Origin: Gemmatimonadota bacterium
GTDB lineage: Bacteria; Gemmatimonadota; Gemmatimonadetes; Palauibacterales; Palauibacteraceae
Direction of reading: 5' to 3'
DNA length: 64,000 nucleotides
Assembly: GCA_963666735.1 (NCBI GenBank)
Contig: OY762926.1
Coordinates: forward strand, 3,648,001-3,712,000
Below, piece by piece: positions 61,106 to 64,000 of the stretch (positions within the stretch are counted from its first letter, which is position 1; every line of letters starts with the position of its first letter). A program made the position numbers and the translations under genes. The notes under the pieces were generated by a model. That model was given only the letters and a program-made list of their open reading frames with translations, was not told the origin of the DNA and searched no databases.

Positions 61106-61386
61106 TCATCGCTCTGCTGCTCCTCGTTCTCCTCGCCCGTGACGAAGACCTGCGGCCCCGCGCGGGCGGGGGCGGAGCACCGGGCGCCGCCCCCGTCCAG
61201 CCCGAAGGCGGCGATGTACGCCAGAATCCGATCCACCGTCCTCAGCGTCGGCGAGCGTCCGCGGGCGAGCTCGCGCATCAGGTGCGGGTCGCCCACCGCC
61301 CTCAGGCCGAACGTCGTCGGACTGATGCCCGTGCTTTCGAGGAACGCATTCACCCGTGACTTGAACTGCTGCGCCCACGCGTCCAT
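61102..61386 (-). CDS. Small Cro-like HTH protein of phage/ICE type
   Basis: VNAFLESTGISPTTFGLRAVGDPHLMRELARGRSPTLRTVDRI. Confidence 0.7.
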   Translation of the reverse strand: MDAWAQQFKSRVNAFLESTGISPTTFGLRAVGDPHLMRELARGRSPTLRTVDRILAYIAAFGLDGGGARCSAPARAGPQVFVTGEENEEQQSDE

Positions 61387-61777
61387 GCCAGTAACGTTGA
61401 AGGCTGAAAAACAGGAACGTCAACCAATGGGAAATCTCCCAAGTGCCTGTAAAGGCTATAGATAGACAGTAGGACAAGCAGCCTGGCCGCTGGCTCCGCC
61501 AGTGGCGCGGAAAACACCCCCCTTGCGGGTGGGAACCGGGGCTCAAACGGTGGAGCCGGGATGCTTGGTCGGACGACCGTTCCGGCGGGCAGGCGATGCC
61601 GCCGGGATGGTCCGAATGGAGGACCGGACGAGACGGGTACTTCGCTCGGGGCTGGGGTTCGCGCGCGCGACCGGGGTCGACTTGGCCGGGTGGACCCCGC
61701 CCGTGGTCGCTCGTCCACGACGCACGCTTATATTGTGGGTTGACCGAATTCGACTTGCGATGGAGAACGCGGACGCG

Positions 61778-62374
61778 ATGAACAGCCTGCCTGAGCGGAT
61801 CATGGAGTACGCCGAGGCCAAGCCGGAGGCCACGCCGATCCGGGCGGACGACCTCCTGCACCTTGGCGATCGCGCCGCGGTGGCCCGGTCGCTATCCCGC
61901 CTCGTGCGCTTCGAGCGGCTCCTGCGAATCTGCCGTGGCGTCTACATGCGCCCGATCCAGACCCGCTTCGGCCTTCGGGCGCCGCGTCTGGAAAAAGCGC
62001 TTGCTTCCCTTTCGGCGCTCTGGGGCGAGATCATCGTTCCGAACGGCGGTGGCGCGGCCAACTGGCTCGGGCTGACAACGCAGAACACCGTGCGCTCGGT
62101 CTATCTCACCTCCGGTCCCGACCGCCTTCTGCATTTCGGGGCTCACCGGGTGGAGTTGCATCACGCCCCGGCGTGGCAATTGACAGCGCCGCATCGGACC
62201 GCCGGCGTGGTCATTCGCGCGCTGGCGTGGCTCGGCCCCGACGAGGTCGAGAAGAGCCTCGATGCCGTGATTCCGCAGCTCACCGGGGAGGACTTGAGCG
62301 ATCTCGCCGCCGCCCGGGACGTCGTGCCTGCGTGGATGGCGGAGCCGCTGAACAGACGGCTCGTGCATGGCTGA
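61778..62374 (+). CDS. AbiEi-like (DUF6088) type IV antitoxin
   Basis: LLHLGDRAAV.RSLSRL..RICRGVY, AANWLGLTTQ, YLTSG; alternative start 61760. Confidence 0.82.
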   Translation: MNSLPERIMEYAEAKPEATPIRADDLLHLGDRAAVARSLSRLVRFERLLRICRGVYMRPIQTRFGLRAPRLEKALASLSALWGEIIVPNGGGAANWLGLTTQNTVRSVYLTSGPDRLLHFGAHRVELHHAPAWQLTAPHRTAGVVIRALAWLGPDEVEKSLDAVIPQLTGEDLSDLAAARDVVPAWMAEPLNRRLVHG

Positions 62375-63398
62375 AATCCGGTTTCAGCGCCTCTCGGCGA
62401 TCGAGAAGCGAGACGCCTTGGATGTTGCGGCGCGGCGGCGAGGACAGGAGACCTTTCTGCTGGAGAAGGACGCTTGGATCGTGGCAACGCTCGGCGTGCT
62501 GTTCGAGGCACCGTTCGGACGACACCTCGTGTTCAAGGGCGGCACGTCGCTTTCCAAGGTGTGGCGGGCGATCCGCCGGTTTTCCGAGGACATCGACATC
62601 ACCTACGACATTCGCGGCTTCGCCCCCGATCTCGTCGTGGGCGGTGACGAGGAGGCGCTGCCGCCCACGCGCAGCCAGGAGAGGCGCTGGACGCGGGCGA
62701 TCCGACCGCGCCTCGCCGACTGGGTGCGCGACACCGCCGGCCCGCTCGTACGGCAAGAGCTCGGACGCGCCGGATTCCCGGCGCGGGTACGGGCGGAGGC
62801 CGAGCGGCTCTACATCGGCTACGAACCGTTGTTCGAGCCGCGCGGCATCGTGAGGCCGGAGGTCCAAGTGGACTTTGGTGCGCGCTCCACGGGAGAGCCG
62901 CACGCCGTTCATCCGGTGGTGTGCGATGCCGCCGCCCACCTTCCCGGCGTCGCGTTTCCGGAAGCGCTACCGGCCGTCATGCTGGCCGAGCGCACGTTCT
63001 GGGAGAAGGCGACCTCGATGCATGTCTACTGCCTCCAGGGGCGCGTTCGGGGCGAGCGATGGTCGAGGCACTGGCACGACCTCGTCCGCCTTGACGACGC
63101 CGGAATCGCGGAACGGGCTCTGGCGGACCGCGAACTCGCGCTGTCCGTCGCCCGCCACAAGGCGATGTTCTTCCGCGAGAACGATTCAAACCGCCAGCGG
63201 ATCGACTACCACGCAACGGTCTCGGGAAACCTCAGGATCGTTCCCTCTGGAGCCGCCCAAGAGGCGCTTGCCGCCGACTACGCCAGCATGCTCTCCACGG
63301 GGATGTTGCTGGACGTGGACGAACCGTTTGGCACGGTCATGGAGCGGTGCGCCGTGATCGAGGCGAGGGCCAACGCTCCCCGGACGACGGGCCGATAG
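62367..63398 (+). CDS. AbiEii/AbiGii nucleotidyltransferase toxin
   Basis: LEKDAW, VFKGGTSLSK..IRRFSEDID, ERTFWEKAT, SRHWHDL. Confidence 0.9.
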   Translation: MAEIRFQRLSAIEKRDALDVAARRRGQETFLLEKDAWIVATLGVLFEAPFGRHLVFKGGTSLSKVWRAIRRFSEDIDITYDIRGFAPDLVVGGDEEALPPTRSQERRWTRAIRPRLADWVRDTAGPLVRQELGRAGFPARVRAEAERLYIGYEPLFEPRGIVRPEVQVDFGARSTGEPHAVHPVVCDAAAHLPGVAFPEALPAVMLAERTFWEKATSMHVYCLQGRVRGERWSRHWHDLVRLDDAGIAERALADRELALSVARHKAMFFRENDSNRQRIDYHATVSGNLRIVPSGAAQEALAADYASMLSTGMLLDVDEPFGTVMERCAVIEARANAPRTTGR

Positions 63399-63686
63399 AG
63401 GGCTGCCACATGTCTTCACTCTCACTACAGCCCATCGCGCTATCAGCGATCCCAACAAACACTGGATGCGGAAGCACGAGCCGACGAATATCCAACGAAC
63501 CGATGGGAGATCAAGCGCTGTTGAAATACTCCGAAGCTACGCTGGTCTGTCAAGCCGCATCATCGCTAAGTCGGTGGATCCACTGCGACAGACCGCCCCA
63601 ACGGTACACCGACTACCGCTGGTGGAGCAGGCTCCATTGGGGTTACCTCCCCCGGCGTCAGCTGCTGCACTCTCGACCCGAGTCCC

Positions 63687-64000
63687 ATGCCTAAGGCTGA
63701 GGGGAAGCCAGCGGCGGCTGCCTTGCGTAAGGCACTGGACGCCCACCTAACGGGCCTTGGATTCTCCAAGAATGGGAATGGGTATCGCGCTCCTGATGAA
63801 TTGTCCAAGCAGCAGATCCGCGACCTACACGCTGGGCATCGCCGGGAGACGCTCGAACAGCACCGCGATTTCATTGATCGGGAGGGCGGCCAGCTTGTAC
63901 GTCACTTCGCCGACGGCAAGACACTCGACCCAGCTCAGATTGAACCCGAACTCATTGAAGTCACAGCTGGATCTGCGGACGCTCAACTCTTTCGGTTCGC
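63687..64000 (+). CDS. druA: Druantia DruA (DUF4338) N-terminus, partial
   Basis: Own translation: LRKALDAHLTGLGF...SKQQIRDLH...HFADGKTLDPAQIEPELIEV...LFRFA, recalled as the DruA N-terminal pattern; lower GC. Confidence 0.72.
   Translation, partial: MPKAEGKPAAAALRKALDAHLTGLGFSKNGNGYRAPDELSKQQIRDLHAGHRRETLEQHRDFIDREGGQLVRHFADGKTLDPAQIEPELIEVTAGSADAQLFRF

Overview
High-GC bacterial chromosome segment. Its gene content (Ig/LRR surface peptidases, FG-GAP/ASPIC-UnbV proteins, VPS10/BNR proteins, many toxin-antitoxin and IS relics) suggests a host-associated Gemmatimonadota such as a sponge symbiont; this is inference only. From left to right: BNR protein, DUF72, rhomboid; an intact IS1182 in a CTAG site; leuB-ilvD-ilvB-ilvN-ilvC followed by a leuC'-'leuD deletion chimera; TPP riboswitch and thiC; an IS110 relic, an intact IS3 and an ISNCY-like relic; acyl-CoA dehydrogenase and MFS transporter; a 15-kb minus-strand sugar cluster (two GH63-like enzymes, ABC importer, a nucleotidyltransferase-galactokinase fusion, DUF5107); an LRR metallopeptidase, a VPS10 protein, VapBC, three-gene pnt and two FG-GAP proteins. 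From about 54 kb there is an accessory island: LuxR pseudogene, IS256/IS21 relics, about 0.9 kb of structured non-coding DNA, an M60 peptidase behind a (TCGGC)40 microsatellite, mob relics, AbiE toxin-antitoxin and the start of Druantia druA. Strongest leads: (1) a conserved ~50-bp leader (TTGACACGATG-N15/16-CCAYCGTTAAGC) directly abutting GAGCC repeats, found at two loci in front of signal-peptide-like sequences, a candidate phase-variation cassette; (2) the bifunctional sugar kinase/pyrophosphorylase; (3) the repeated-hairpin ncRNA candidates. All family calls are by-eye motif recognition; no searches were run.
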